Source of the DNA: a virus | Taxonomy: Duplodnaviria > Caudoviricetes | Direction: 5' to 3' (one strand) | IMG/VR virus record: IMGVR_UViG_3300029288_000153 | Location: 10,002-74,001 of that record | Length of the DNA stretch: 64,000 bases | Position numbers and translations under genes: made by a program | Shown here: piece after piece, positions 19,179 to 29,094 of the stretch | Numbering within the stretch: the stretch's first letter is position 1 | Layout: the number at the start of each line of letters is the position of its first letter | Notes under the pieces: generated by a model | Told to the model about the DNA's origin: nothing | Seen by the model: only the letters and a program-made list of their open reading frames with translations | Database searches by the model: none

Positions 19179-20163
19179 ATATTTGATTGTAGGTGATGTA
19201 CACGCCAAGGTCGACGATCTTGACGATTGTCGACATCTACAGGAGCTGATCCGGACAGTGGAGTCCACGGAAAATCCCGATGCCACTATATTTCTAGGCG
19301 ATCAGTTCGACGCCTTCGCCTTAAAAAATGTGATAGTAGAGCGCTGGTGGATGGATATGTTGGAGGATGGTCGTAAGAGGTACCTGTTGATGGGCAACCA
19401 TGATCGCCCCGGCGACTCTGCGGCTGTAGGTAATGCCCTACAGGCTCACCGGGATCGAGCTGTCGTGGTCGATGTTCCGGTCGTGGTCGGAGACGTAGCT
19501 TTGTTGCCTTTTTATTTTTGTGCTGCTGATTTTGTGGCGGCGTGTTGTACGCCTGACGTGTTGCGAGCCAAAACGATATTCGCTCATCAGAGCTTTTTGG
19601 GGGGGCGATTTGAGTCTGGGATTCCCATCGATCAGCGCACTGATCCGTCGGCTGTCGAGCCCGGGGCTGTGCCACAGCAGTGTGTGATTAGTGGGCATAT
19701 TCATGCTCCTCAGAGTGTTGGCAAAGTGTGGTATCCTGGGGCTCCTCGGTGGCGAAATAACGTCTCCGACGCTAATTGTGAGCGCTACATCTACTTGGTT
19801 TCGTTTGATGTGGGGGTGCCTAAGGGGATAAAAAAATTCTCGACCGGTGAGGTGTGTCGGCGGATGTGGCGTGTGGAGGATACTGAGGGCGTATGTGAGG
19901 TGTCGGATCTGCCCGGTCGACCAACTGATCGATTTGTGGTGGATATTACCGGCACGGCAGCGTATATTGAGCGACAAAAGAAAAAATGGTCGTCGCCAGG
20001 GGTCAGAATCAGGGCTTTTCAAACAGATCGACCCGGACCAAAATTGTCTGAGTCTCAAGGTGTAGAGGCGGCGTGGAATAAGTGGATGTCGGAGTACTCC
20101 CCAAAGCACGGATCGTCGCTAGAGGCGCTCCGTCGATTAGCAATAGAAAGGTTGTCGCCGTGA
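19171..20163 (+). CDS. sbcD: SbcD/Mre11-like nuclease
   Basis: GDVH, LGDQFD, GNHD, AHQ, SGHIH; partner SbcC is present in the window. Confidence 0.85.
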   Translation: MNRYLIVGDVHAKVDDLDDCRHLQELIRTVESTENPDATIFLGDQFDAFALKNVIVERWWMDMLEDGRKRYLLMGNHDRPGDSAAVGNALQAHRDRAVVVDVPVVVGDVALLPFYFCAADFVAACCTPDVLRAKTIFAHQSFLGGRFESGIPIDQRTDPSAVEPGAVPQQCVISGHIHAPQSVGKVWYPGAPRWRNNVSDANCERYIYLVSFDVGVPKGIKKFSTGEVCRRMWRVEDTEGVCEVSDLPGRPTDRFVVDITGTAAYIERQKKKWSSPGVRIRAFQTDRPGPKLSESQGVEAAWNKWMSEYSPKHGSSLEALRRLAIERLSP

Positions 20164-20651
20164 ATGATGTACTTGATACCCCCGATGCAAAGGCTCAGTT
20201 GTTGCTGGCAAAGGATTTGACTCGACGGACAGGGATTTTGGTTGAGGCCCAGATAACGCAGCTACGTATTTGGCCTATGGTGTCGTTTGATGATGTTTCA
20301 GATGTAGAGATCAATCCTTTGGATGTGGAAACTAAGACTATCCACTATCTGTGGCGTGTGCGAAAGGTTCCGTCCGGCGCCGATCTGATGCGTCGAGCTG
20401 AGCAGTTAGGGGGGTGGGTACGATCGCTGTTAGGGGATGACTGGAAAATAAATATTAAAATCAAGCAAAAAAAGGGCGGGCCCGGAAGGTTGATATGGAA
20501 CGGGCAGCGGAAGGTGGCTTTGTCGAATGAAGAAGGTGAAGGACGAGTCGAAGGAAAGTATGGGGCGGCGATGGTAGGATATAAGCGATATCGACTGCGC
20601 GAGAAAGACGCCATAGACGCCGTCGAGGAAGATAAGGTAGATTGGCTATGA
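20160..20651 (+). CDS. hypothetical protein
   Basis: Probable GTG start overlapping the sbcD stop (GTGA). Confidence 0.6.
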   Translation: MNDVLDTPDAKAQLLLAKDLTRRTGILVEAQITQLRIWPMVSFDDVSDVEINPLDVETKTIHYLWRVRKVPSGADLMRRAEQLGGWVRSLLGDDWKINIKIKQKKGGPGRLIWNGQRKVALSNEEGEGRVEGKYGAAMVGYKRYRLREKDAIDAVEEDKVDWL

Positions 20652-20775
20652 CACGATCTGTTATCAGGTGGCTATGTACTATGGTGTTTAGTGTTGGTGG
20701 TTGGTGTGAGCGAGATTCGTGGCTAGGAAGATGGTGCGATAAAACGTGGGTCTCTTTAGCTTCGAGATATTTTCG

Positions 20776-20782
20776 TAATCTA
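20776..20782 (+). promoter_or_regulatory. TAATCTA motif, candidate phage late promoter
   Basis: Recurs upstream of many structural genes (see findings). Confidence 0.6.
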
Positions 20783-20803
20783 AATAAATCAAGGAGGTAG
20801 TAT

Positions 20804-21079
20804 ATGGAATACGTCGATCAATCGAACGTATCGGAGTATTGTAAGTGTATAAGGAGTACTGGAATAGATAGGCGGATTCAGCGTGTAGATCTCCGCGATT
20901 CCGATGAGGGGGCGTGGGCGTTTTTTTTGCCGACCTTATATGTCATCAAGAGGAATACGTGGGAGTGTTTCCGGTATCGGTTGGTTTTGTGTGTAGGATT
21001 CTGGGAGATTCGCGTCGGGGTCGGTCGAATCGACCACGACGCCCCCGGTGACTCGTCAGAAGCCGACGAAAGATGGTAA
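20804..21079 (+). CDS. hypothetical protein
   Basis: AGGAGG RBS, 91 aa. Confidence 0.6.
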   Translation: MEYVDQSNVSEYCKCIRSTGIDRRIQRVDLRDSDEGAWAFFLPTLYVIKRNTWECFRYRLVLCVGFWEIRVGVGRIDHDAPGDSSEADERW

Positions 21080-21714
21080 AAGAGGTGTCGATGCGTAACG
21101 ACTTGCCCACGGTCCAGTCGACTGAGACGGCGGTTGGTAGGATAGGTAGGGCGCTAGATCGTCTCAGTGTAGATGAGCGGTCGATTTACGATCGATTTGT
21201 TCATATTGGTGGTCGAGAGCTATCTGCTGACGCTGCGGCTAGGCTATATGGGCTGTATTTGCAGGGGGTGTCGTGTGAGGATATCAGCAGATTGAATCCG
21301 GCTGTCGATTTGGCCACCGTGTTGGCCGCGAGAGTGCGATACAACTGGGACGAACGTAAGGATGTATATGTCGGCGATTTGATGGCTTACACGGGCGACG
21401 CAGTGCGTCAGACCGCTGCCGAGACCGTGCAATTGTTGGGGCTGATGGTCGCGGCAGCCAGCAAAAAACACGGGGACGCGCTGAAACGTTATCTGGCTAC
21501 CGGCGATGAGTCAGTATTGGGGGAGTTTGATATTAAGACCATCAGGCAATTTCGAGATGTAGTCGAGATGATGGTGCGGATCACGGGGGGGGACAGCAAG
21601 AGGCAAGTGGTTATTGCTAGATCGATCCAGCCCGAGGCTCCTGTGTTGTCTGTGCAAGGTCGCCGGCTAAGTCCAGGGGAGGCTGACTCAATTCGAAGCG
21701 CCAATATGAAGTAG
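21073..21714 (+). CDS. putative terminase small subunit
   Basis: Helical HTH-like 213-aa protein immediately upstream of terL; the call rests on synteny. Confidence 0.5.
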   Translation: MVKEVSMRNDLPTVQSTETAVGRIGRALDRLSVDERSIYDRFVHIGGRELSADAAARLYGLYLQGVSCEDISRLNPAVDLATVLAARVRYNWDERKDVYVGDLMAYTGDAVRQTAAETVQLLGLMVAAASKKHGDALKRYLATGDESVLGEFDIKTIRQFRDVVEMMVRITGGDSKRQVVIARSIQPEAPVLSVQGRRLSPGEADSIRSANMK

Positions 21715-21716
21715 TC

Positions 21717-23630
21717 ATGTTAGATCCCCAAATCCAGCTAGAGCGCCGTCTCTTATTGACCCCGTGCGCCTCCAAGGAGGGGCTACGGAATTGGCTTATT
21801 ACCTATTTGGATATTGATCTGCCTGATCAAATTGTAGATCCTGACAGTAACTCCACCCCCTTGGGGGCGCTGTGGCAGATGTATAGCGCCATGCTGCGTC
21901 GCGATACGGGGTTCTATCGTCGAGTGTTGATGTACGCAGCCCGAACGGCCTGGAAGACGGTGCTGTTGTCGTTACTAGAGCTTCTGGGTCTACTACATCT
22001 AGATAGATCGAGTTGTCATCTAGCGGCTCAAGAGGACCAGGCACAGAAGGCACAGAGATACTTGCGGGCGTATTTGAGTCGGCCTGGGCTCGATGAGCTA
22101 AATGCCGGGAACAATAAAAGGACCCTGGCGGTGGCATTCGCAGAGCATAAGGAAACTGGCGATATCCTGACCCAGCAAGAATATAAGGACCTAGAGCGAG
22201 CGGAACGCAAAAAATACTGGCACTACGCCAGGTATGTTAAGGTGCTAGTCGCGACAATGAGCGGTACCAACAGTGAGCATCAGTCGCTGCTGCTCATCGA
22301 CGAAGCTGAGTTGATAGCCAACCCCCACGCCTACGATGAAGCTAAGATGATCCCCGAGGATCAGCGGTCGGTGAAGGGCGAGCTACAGCCGCCTCTGACT
22401 GTTATTACTTCGTCCCGTAAATTTTCTCAAGGGATTGTGCAGCGAGAAATCGACGAATCAGAAAAGACCGGTACCGCCATTTGGCATTGGGGGATCTTGG
22501 ACGTGACCCAGCGCTGTCCCGATCGGATGTGCCGACCGGATTTAGATACAGCTAAAATATGGGTCAATGACGAAGAGTTGGTGGCTGTTACTGCTGAAGG
22601 TTACGAAAAGCTAACAGAGATGGACCCCAAAAAGGCTGGCGAATACGCGCAAGTGGAGGTGTCGGGTGGGTGCGTGGGGTGTTTTATCGCGCCGGCCTGT
22701 AAGGGGCGCTTGGTTCGGGTGACCGATCGCGCCAGGCTATTGAAGCGTATTGATGACACGATCGGGAAGTTTCGTGATACCTCGGTCGAGCTAGCTCAGT
22801 GTCAGTTGTTATCCCGCAAGCCAGGTAACTTCGGCGGTATTTATCGATTCTTTTCTCGGTCAAAACACATGCTGTCTGTCTCGGAGATGTGGGAGACGAT
22901 CACTGGCGATGTGATGCCATCGAGCTTGCCGCGCACCAAGGAATCGATCATTCAGCTGCTGATTAGTAGGGGGTGCCGTTGGGTTGCGGGGATGGATTTT
23001 GGATTCTCACACTTATTTGCGGTGTGTTTGTTTGCTGTGGACGGTCGCCGAGCATTTCTGATCGACGCCTTTGAGGTAGGTGGTTTGGAGCTATTGCAAA
23101 AAATTGCCCTTTGTGATCGTCGAATCAAGCGGTATAACCCAATCTGTTGGCCCGATGTCGCTTACCCATCAGATATCGCTAGTTTTCGTCGATGCGGTTA
23201 TCGTATGATGCCCACCAAGAAAGATGTACTGCCCGGAATCGATGCCGTGCGCGCTAAGTTGAGCCCGGCCGGAGGTGCTGATCCGGAGATGTTTATGCTG
23301 CGGGGCGATGTGGCCGGAGACCTGCTGGCGCGGCGGATCGAAGGATATAAATGGAAGCTGAACGGAGCCGGGGATGCCACCGACATCCCCGACGAAACCG
23401 ACGATGATCTCGATGACGCGGTGAGGTACGCTATTTACAATACATTTCGACCTGCGGGGAAGGTGGTGGTGTCTCGGGATGCGCCAGAGATAGCCGTGCC
23501 TCGTCCTGGTGCGGTCCCTAGGACGTGGATGACAGAGGAAATTCAAGCGCGTATCGGCGGTGGCTCGACGGTGGATGAAGGGGTCCCCGCGAAAATACGT
23601 AAAGGTGGCTTTTTCTTTGATGCCACGTGA
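21717..23630 (+). CDS. terL: terminase large subunit
   Basis: Deviant Walker A ARTAWKT, Walker B LLLIDEAE, nuclease GMDFGFSH and DDLDDAVRY. Confidence 0.88.
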   Translation: MLDPQIQLERRLLLTPCASKEGLRNWLITYLDIDLPDQIVDPDSNSTPLGALWQMYSAMLRRDTGFYRRVLMYAARTAWKTVLLSLLELLGLLHLDRSSCHLAAQEDQAQKAQRYLRAYLSRPGLDELNAGNNKRTLAVAFAEHKETGDILTQQEYKDLERAERKKYWHYARYVKVLVATMSGTNSEHQSLLLIDEAELIANPHAYDEAKMIPEDQRSVKGELQPPLTVITSSRKFSQGIVQREIDESEKTGTAIWHWGILDVTQRCPDRMCRPDLDTAKIWVNDEELVAVTAEGYEKLTEMDPKKAGEYAQVEVSGGCVGCFIAPACKGRLVRVTDRARLLKRIDDTIGKFRDTSVELAQCQLLSRKPGNFGGIYRFFSRSKHMLSVSEMWETITGDVMPSSLPRTKESIIQLLISRGCRWVAGMDFGFSHLFAVCLFAVDGRRAFLIDAFEVGGLELLQKIALCDRRIKRYNPICWPDVAYPSDIASFRRCGYRMMPTKKDVLPGIDAVRAKLSPAGGADPEMFMLRGDVAGDLLARRIEGYKWKLNGAGDATDIPDETDDDLDDAVRYAIYNTFRPAGKVVVSRDAPEIAVPRPGAVPRTWMTEEIQARIGGGSTVDEGVPAKIRKGGFFFDAT

Positions 23631-23680
23631 TCTAGTTGAGAGAGACCGGTCCGGTTGAATGAGGTGTTGGCCGTAATCTA

Positions 23681-24703
23681 TTGCCTATACTGATTGGCCC
23701 GCGACAGGTCAGTAAGAGAAAGAACGAAGAGATTATGCTCCTAGCTAACGTAGTAGAAAAAGTTTTGTTTTATGAGGATGTCGAAAACTCCACCAATCCG
23801 CAACGTAAGGTTGTGGACTGGTCACGTAGTGCCACAGGGCTACCTTTCGAGGAGGTTCGATCAGAACGGTTTTTGTTACAAGTGGGAGGTACCAAGACTT
23901 TAGAGCCGGACGTAGGGGTCGTTGATTTGTCGGCCACTCCGGTGGATATTGCGCCAGCGCCAGGTAAGCAGACATGGGTTCAGATCAGAGGGGCGTTCGC
24001 AACAAATCCCTGGGCGAGTGCTTTGGCGGTTGCTGGTCAGCTATTGACCGCCACTCTACAGCCTGATGGTTCCTTGTTGTTGACGGGGGCGGGGTTGGGT
24101 GCGTTGACCTCTGTCAGGCCCGGCGATCGACTGTATCTATCTGGCGCCGACTATGGAGATGCCGGTGCGTTTTCGACGGCCAACCAGGGGATCTGGGGGG
24201 TGGTGTCGATCGGTGTCGGGGTAACCTTGCGACGGGTCTATGCTGAGGATGTGACAGGTGTTACGGAGACCGTCACGACCGTTGGTACAGGAGACATCCA
24301 ACACCTGCCCGAGTCTCTGCGGCCTCAATGGGCTTTTATTCGCGGCCTATATGGGTATGCTGGCGTGAAGCTGATTACGGCGGCTGTATCTGGTTGGGTG
24401 GCTATTGCCGACGAAGCGCAGTTTGCTGATGCGGTTGGGGTGACGTTGGATTGTTTAGTGGTGGTACCTAGGTATATAGCGTATGTGCGAGTGGAAACCG
24501 ATAAGCCGGTTACTGTAGTGGTTGGTGACGTCGGGGTATCTGCTAATGAGATCAGCTTGCTGCCGGTGTCGTCTGGGGCACCTGGATGGTATGAGGGGTT
24601 TGCGTTTGGGACTAGCCTGGCGATCACCAATGCGGGCGGATACGATAGTGCTACAATTAATTGTATCTATGCTTTTTCTAGTAGCGGCTTGTCCACGGTC
24701 TAG
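23681..24703 (+). CDS. putative virion structural protein (likely ATG start 23736)
   Basis: Beta-rich protein lying between terL and portal, preceded by TAATCTA at 23674-23680. Confidence 0.6.
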   Translation: MPILIGPRQVSKRKNEEIMLLANVVEKVLFYEDVENSTNPQRKVVDWSRSATGLPFEEVRSERFLLQVGGTKTLEPDVGVVDLSATPVDIAPAPGKQTWVQIRGAFATNPWASALAVAGQLLTATLQPDGSLLLTGAGLGALTSVRPGDRLYLSGADYGDAGAFSTANQGIWGVVSIGVGVTLRRVYAEDVTGVTETVTTVGTGDIQHLPESLRPQWAFIRGLYGYAGVKLITAAVSGWVAIADEAQFADAVGVTLDCLVVVPRYIAYVRVETDKPVTVVVGDVGVSANEISLLPVSSGAPGWYEGFAFGTSLAITNAGGYDSATINCIYAFSSSGLSTV

Positions 24704-24717
24704 CGGAGTAGCGAACT

Positions 24718-26763
24718 ATGAGCAAACGATCTGTGGTGTCGGAAATACTATCAGCTATGCCGACTGGCATACGCCCCCCCGATAAGCGCACCCCTTTGGA
24801 TATCAATAGTCGCTCGGGGTTGCGTAATGTGTTGGATCAGAGATATTTGGCTAAGGGGGAGATGCCCGACAGTTCCCTGAATAAGACTATGGTGGTACCT
24901 AGGGACTCAAACACATTAGAGAAGTCGTTCAGAAAATTTTTGGACGGCCCCGAGGATTCGATCGAGCGGCTGGCCTTCGAGAGAGATCCACAGCGTATCT
25001 CAGAGTTTGCTGGCCTCTATCGACCTAAAATAGCGCTTATACCCGACACGCTACTCAAGCGAGCTGCTATCCAGGATGATCTGGTAGCGGCAATTGTCCA
25101 CACTCGCTGTAATCATTTATCTCAGCTGGGCAGGAAGCAACCGAATCGACACTCCAAAGGGTTCGTGATGGAGATCGATACGGATATTGACGCGTCATTG
25201 GACGACGCGCAGAAAAGGAAGCTGCAGGATCGGATTAACAGAGCCGAGAGATTATTGCTGACTTGTGGACACACTAAAGGGTGGGGGAAGCAAGATAGGT
25301 GTTCGTTTGCGGAATATCTCTACTTATCTACTCGCAATGCGGTGGTGGTGGGGCGTACCGCTACCGAGGTGATCAGTGTCCCGGATAAAAACGATCCCAC
25401 CAAACGTGTATTTCACTCTTTTCGACCTACTGATGCGGGGACTATCTACTATGCGGCGCCGTATCGGGACGCCCAGGAGGCGGTCAGGCAGCAGGCCAGG
25501 ATACTACTAGCACAACTAAAAAACGAGAAGTTGGTAGAGGATAAATTCATCAACGACGAGTATGCGTGGGTGCAGGTGATTGAGGGTCGCCCCACGCAGG
25601 CGTTTTCGTCGGATGAGATGTTGGTACAGAATTTTTACCCTGTGACTGACCTCGAACTACAGGGTTATCCCCTTACGCCGCTGGACACGGCGTTGACCGC
25701 TGTTACTACACACCTGAATATTTCGTCGCATAATAAGCTGTACTTTCAGTACGGCCGGGCTGCGAGGGGGATGTTGGTTATTAAGAGTCAAGACGTTGAC
25801 GCCGAAGTGGTCCAGGCAGTTAAACAGCAATTCAACGCCTCGATTAATTCGGTCTCAAATAGTTTTCGTATGCCATGTTTTGGGATCTCGCCTGACGATG
25901 AAATCACCTGGCAGCCAATCGATCAGGGATCGAGAGATGCAGAGTTTCAGTTTTTATCTGACTCAAACGCCCGTACTATTCTAGCCGCGTTTCAAATGAG
26001 TCCTGAGGAGTTGCCTGGGTACCAGCATCTTTCACGGGGCACCAGCAACCAGGCGCTGTCTGAGTCAAATAACGAGTATAAATTGACAGCTGCTCGTGAC
26101 GTTGGGATTCGTCCCCTGGTGGCCAAGATCGAAGACCACCTTAATGACTCGTTATTGCCTCTGATCGATCCGGAATTGGCCAAGATTGTTAAGATTCGTC
26201 TAGTAGGTTTGGACGTAGACGACCAAGAAAAAGAGAGTGTGCGCCTCCAGCAGGATATGGGCGTGCACATGACCTACGACGAGGTACTAGGAAAGGTCGA
26301 AAAAGACCCGTTGGGGAAGGATCTATGCGGCGGATTCCCTTTGAATCAGCAGGTGATGGCGTATGTCGAGAAGTATATGACATTCGGCGAGATCTTAGCA
26401 AAGCTTCGAGGGGTCAAGGGAGCTGATAAGGATCCGTCGTTGCAATTTTATCAAAATCCCGCTTGGTTGCAGTTTTATGGGTTACAAGCGCAACAGCAAG
26501 CGCAACAGGCGCCCCCCGGACAGCCCGGACAAAACAAGCAGTCGTCTGACGGGCAGGGCGGTGGAGAGTTGGGGAGCGCGGTAGATCAGTTGGGGGCGAT
26601 GCTGGGGAAATCCGAAGGGTTCCGAGGTACACTCAAGGCCCATCAGGCTAAGCTCAATCGATACATCATGGACACTTTTCAGGCCGAGACGGTTAAGCTT
26701 GTAAGTGAAATTGCGGACATCGCCGATATTCATAAGCCGCAGCCGCCTGTTGAGAAGAAATAA
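24718..26763 (+). CDS. portal protein
   Basis: HNKLYFQYGRAARGMLVIK...FNASINSVSNSFRMP...ITWQPI...DAEFQ...AFQMSPEEL pattern of SPO1/Twort-type portals; follows terL. Confidence 0.85.
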   Translation: MSKRSVVSEILSAMPTGIRPPDKRTPLDINSRSGLRNVLDQRYLAKGEMPDSSLNKTMVVPRDSNTLEKSFRKFLDGPEDSIERLAFERDPQRISEFAGLYRPKIALIPDTLLKRAAIQDDLVAAIVHTRCNHLSQLGRKQPNRHSKGFVMEIDTDIDASLDDAQKRKLQDRINRAERLLLTCGHTKGWGKQDRCSFAEYLYLSTRNAVVVGRTATEVISVPDKNDPTKRVFHSFRPTDAGTIYYAAPYRDAQEAVRQQARILLAQLKNEKLVEDKFINDEYAWVQVIEGRPTQAFSSDEMLVQNFYPVTDLELQGYPLTPLDTALTAVTTHLNISSHNKLYFQYGRAARGMLVIKSQDVDAEVVQAVKQQFNASINSVSNSFRMPCFGISPDDEITWQPIDQGSRDAEFQFLSDSNARTILAAFQMSPEELPGYQHLSRGTSNQALSESNNEYKLTAARDVGIRPLVAKIEDHLNDSLLPLIDPELAKIVKIRLVGLDVDDQEKESVRLQQDMGVHMTYDEVLGKVEKDPLGKDLCGGFPLNQQVMAYVEKYMTFGEILAKLRGVKGADKDPSLQFYQNPAWLQFYGLQAQQQAQQAPPGQPGQNKQSSDGQGGGELGSAVDQLGAMLGKSEGFRGTLKAHQAKLNRYIMDTFQAETVKLVSEIADIADIHKPQPPVEKK

Positions 26764-27569
26764 TGACCCCTCGGCTTAGTCGTGGAGCTATCAAGGTTAT
26801 TGAAGCTAAGATCGACGGAATGTATGATCGGCTACTCAATAGGCTACTAGGTACCTGTTCTCCGCATAAATCTCTGTTTATGTCGGTGGATCCATTCTTT
26901 TCTGTGCCAGGTCTCTATGCTCAGGCGGTGTCGGAGGAGGGTGGTGCGGTGGATCGTGATTTGGTGCAGGGGCTATCGGATGTGGTGTCTCATATTACCG
27001 ACAAGCAGCGCTCCGAAAGTAAGGCGATCACTATTCGTAAGATCCAAGCCATCTTGGAGGATGTTAAGGCCGGTAGGATAGAGCCCCAAAACTTCAAGAA
27101 TCATTTAGAAAGTGAGCTGATCGATACTTGGGGGAGAGTGTCGAGCAACGTCGAGCGCATTGTGGATACTGAAACCCAGCACGCCATGACCATTGGGCTA
27201 CGTGAAGGGATAAGTCAAATAAATGCCGTACGGGGCATCGTTGATCCAGTATTGGTTTTCGTGGTAAAGAACGATCAGGCTTTGTGTGATGAATGCCGGC
27301 GTGTCCATTTATTGGACGACGGACATACGCCTAGGGCGTGGTACCAATCTGAGGTGTCGGCGGATTATCATCATCGAGGTGACAACGTTCCGTCGTTCCA
27401 TCTCATGCACCCACATTGTCGATGTGTTATGGGTACTATTTTACCAGGATTTGGTCTAGATGGTAATGGCCGCATCACCTTTATTGCAGATGGATTCTCG
27501 GAGCTAGATTTCCAGCGCACAACGGGCGGTGGTGGCGGGGTGGAGGCGCGTCGCCGGTGGAGGGGGTAA
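26763..27569 (+). CDS. MuF / SPP1 gp7-like head morphogenesis protein
   Basis: RIVDTETQHA, LCDEC, HPHCRC; follows portal. Confidence 0.8.
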   Translation: MTPRLSRGAIKVIEAKIDGMYDRLLNRLLGTCSPHKSLFMSVDPFFSVPGLYAQAVSEEGGAVDRDLVQGLSDVVSHITDKQRSESKAITIRKIQAILEDVKAGRIEPQNFKNHLESELIDTWGRVSSNVERIVDTETQHAMTIGLREGISQINAVRGIVDPVLVFVVKNDQALCDECRRVHLLDDGHTPRAWYQSEVSADYHHRGDNVPSFHLMHPHCRCVMGTILPGFGLDGNGRITFIADGFSELDFQRTTGGGGGVEARRRWRG

Positions 27570-27621
27570 TCTAAGTAGAGTGGTTGTGGCGTCTAATCTG
27601 TAAGCCAGCGGAGAAAACTAT

Positions 27622-28305
27622 ATGATGAACCTGAAGAGGGTGTCGCAGATTAGCCGGGCGTTGACGGCCGATGGTGCTAGTGGATTTGTGCGCGTGGCGA
27701 CGCCAAATCCTTTTGTGGTGGGCATGACCGTAAATCTGACATCGGCTGGCCCTGCTGTATTAGGTTTACAGATTTCAGATATCAAAGGGGTGGGAGGCAG
27801 TACCGACGTGGCCGTGTACCTTATTGATCCAGCCACTCAGGCGGCCTACGACGCTTCGGCGTACACCACCCTACTGACATCTCTGATCATTGCTCCTGCT
27901 CAGACCCTTTGGTACGAGGTCGGGGTAGATGGCGTGGTTCCCACACCGTTTACTGATCTACAGATGCGGTCTATTATGGACGCCATCTTGCCGGCGTCAT
28001 TGTCGGGTGGGGTAACCGACGCTCAGCTACAAGTTACCCTAAACAAGTACGTGTATCCGGTATTAGGGGCAAATCTCTATCTGGCTATCTCTACTGTCGA
28101 CGCTTCTGTGTCGGTGGGGGCAGGATCGTACTTGATGATGAGCACCGTTGATGTGTCTTTTGCGGATGGCGTCGAGCCGACCTTGGGGCAGTCTAAATTG
28201 TTGGCGGCTAAAATTTACGTGCCCTGTAGATGGGCGTCGACCACCACGGTACACTTCAAGACATCGGCGGGCACCGGAACGGTATTTCTCTGGCCCTGTA
28301 CCTAA
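27622..28305 (+). CDS. putative virion protein, N-terminal domain paralogous to 31068-31832
   Basis: Shared segment DPxTxxxxDASAYTTxLxSxxxxPxQTLWY. Confidence 0.65.
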   Translation: MMNLKRVSQISRALTADGASGFVRVATPNPFVVGMTVNLTSAGPAVLGLQISDIKGVGGSTDVAVYLIDPATQAAYDASAYTTLLTSLIIAPAQTLWYEVGVDGVVPTPFTDLQMRSIMDAILPASLSGGVTDAQLQVTLNKYVYPVLGANLYLAISTVDASVSVGAGSYLMMSTVDVSFADGVEPTLGQSKLLAAKIYVPCRWASTTTVHFKTSAGTGTVFLWPCT

Positions 28306-28314
28306 GGGGATTAG

Positions 28315-29094
28315 ATGCGTCTGATTTCCGCACCAGCCACGGTCCTACATGCCCCGTTCACTACCTTTGGGGCGTCGGTGCCGGAAGACGGTAACTGCGT
28401 TTCACATGTGACGTTTCCTGGTGGCTCTATCTACGATAGTAAAGGGAACATGTGGACGCAGATAGGGGCCGTGCCTCAGGTAGCAACCTCTCAGCTGTAT
28501 CCGTTGGGTTTTGGGGCTGCTAGTAGGTCCGGGGCGGGGCCATTTACTTCGAGTGTTAACTATTTTCAGCTCGACCCTTTGGGGACCGGTACCGATGTGC
28601 TAGATTTTGCTGGTGACTTTTTGGGGGTGGCGGTGTTTCGGCCTACCGCTGTGCCAACCGGTGTTCTGGTTTCGAACGGGCTATATCAAGTAGATGGTTA
28701 TTACCTGCAGTTTTCGGGGTTGACCTTAAGCTTGGTGCAGAGTCAATCCGGCGAGGCTGATTTGCAGTCGGTGGGGGGCTGTGATGCCGACGCTATCAAC
28801 GTGGTGTGTTTTGGGCGGGTAGGGGCGAATAATATAATTAAACTCAATCTTAATGGTCTTATCTCGGGTGTTGGGAAAACTATTACCCCAGCAACCACCC
28901 GGCCTGCTCGTATTGGTGTATATGGAGATGGTGGATCGGCTACTTCTAGCACCGTCTACGAGCTGTATTTTACCACTACGACACCTACCGATGCTCTCTG
29001 TATTAATATTGTCAATCATGTATTTCAGCAGCAGGGGACTATGGGCGAGGCGTTGATTGTTGCTAGGGCCATATGTGGGAGCTACGAGATATGA
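28315..29094 (+). CDS. LamG/concanavalin-like beta-sandwich virion protein
   Basis: G/S/T-rich beta pattern, FLGVAVFRP, INVVCFGR, ARIGVYG. Confidence 0.55.
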   Translation: MRLISAPATVLHAPFTTFGASVPEDGNCVSHVTFPGGSIYDSKGNMWTQIGAVPQVATSQLYPLGFGAASRSGAGPFTSSVNYFQLDPLGTGTDVLDFAGDFLGVAVFRPTAVPTGVLVSNGLYQVDGYYLQFSGLTLSLVQSQSGEADLQSVGGCDADAINVVCFGRVGANNIIKLNLNGLISGVGKTITPATTRPARIGVYGDGGSATSSTVYELYFTTTTPTDALCINIVNHVFQQQGTMGEALIVARAICGSYEI

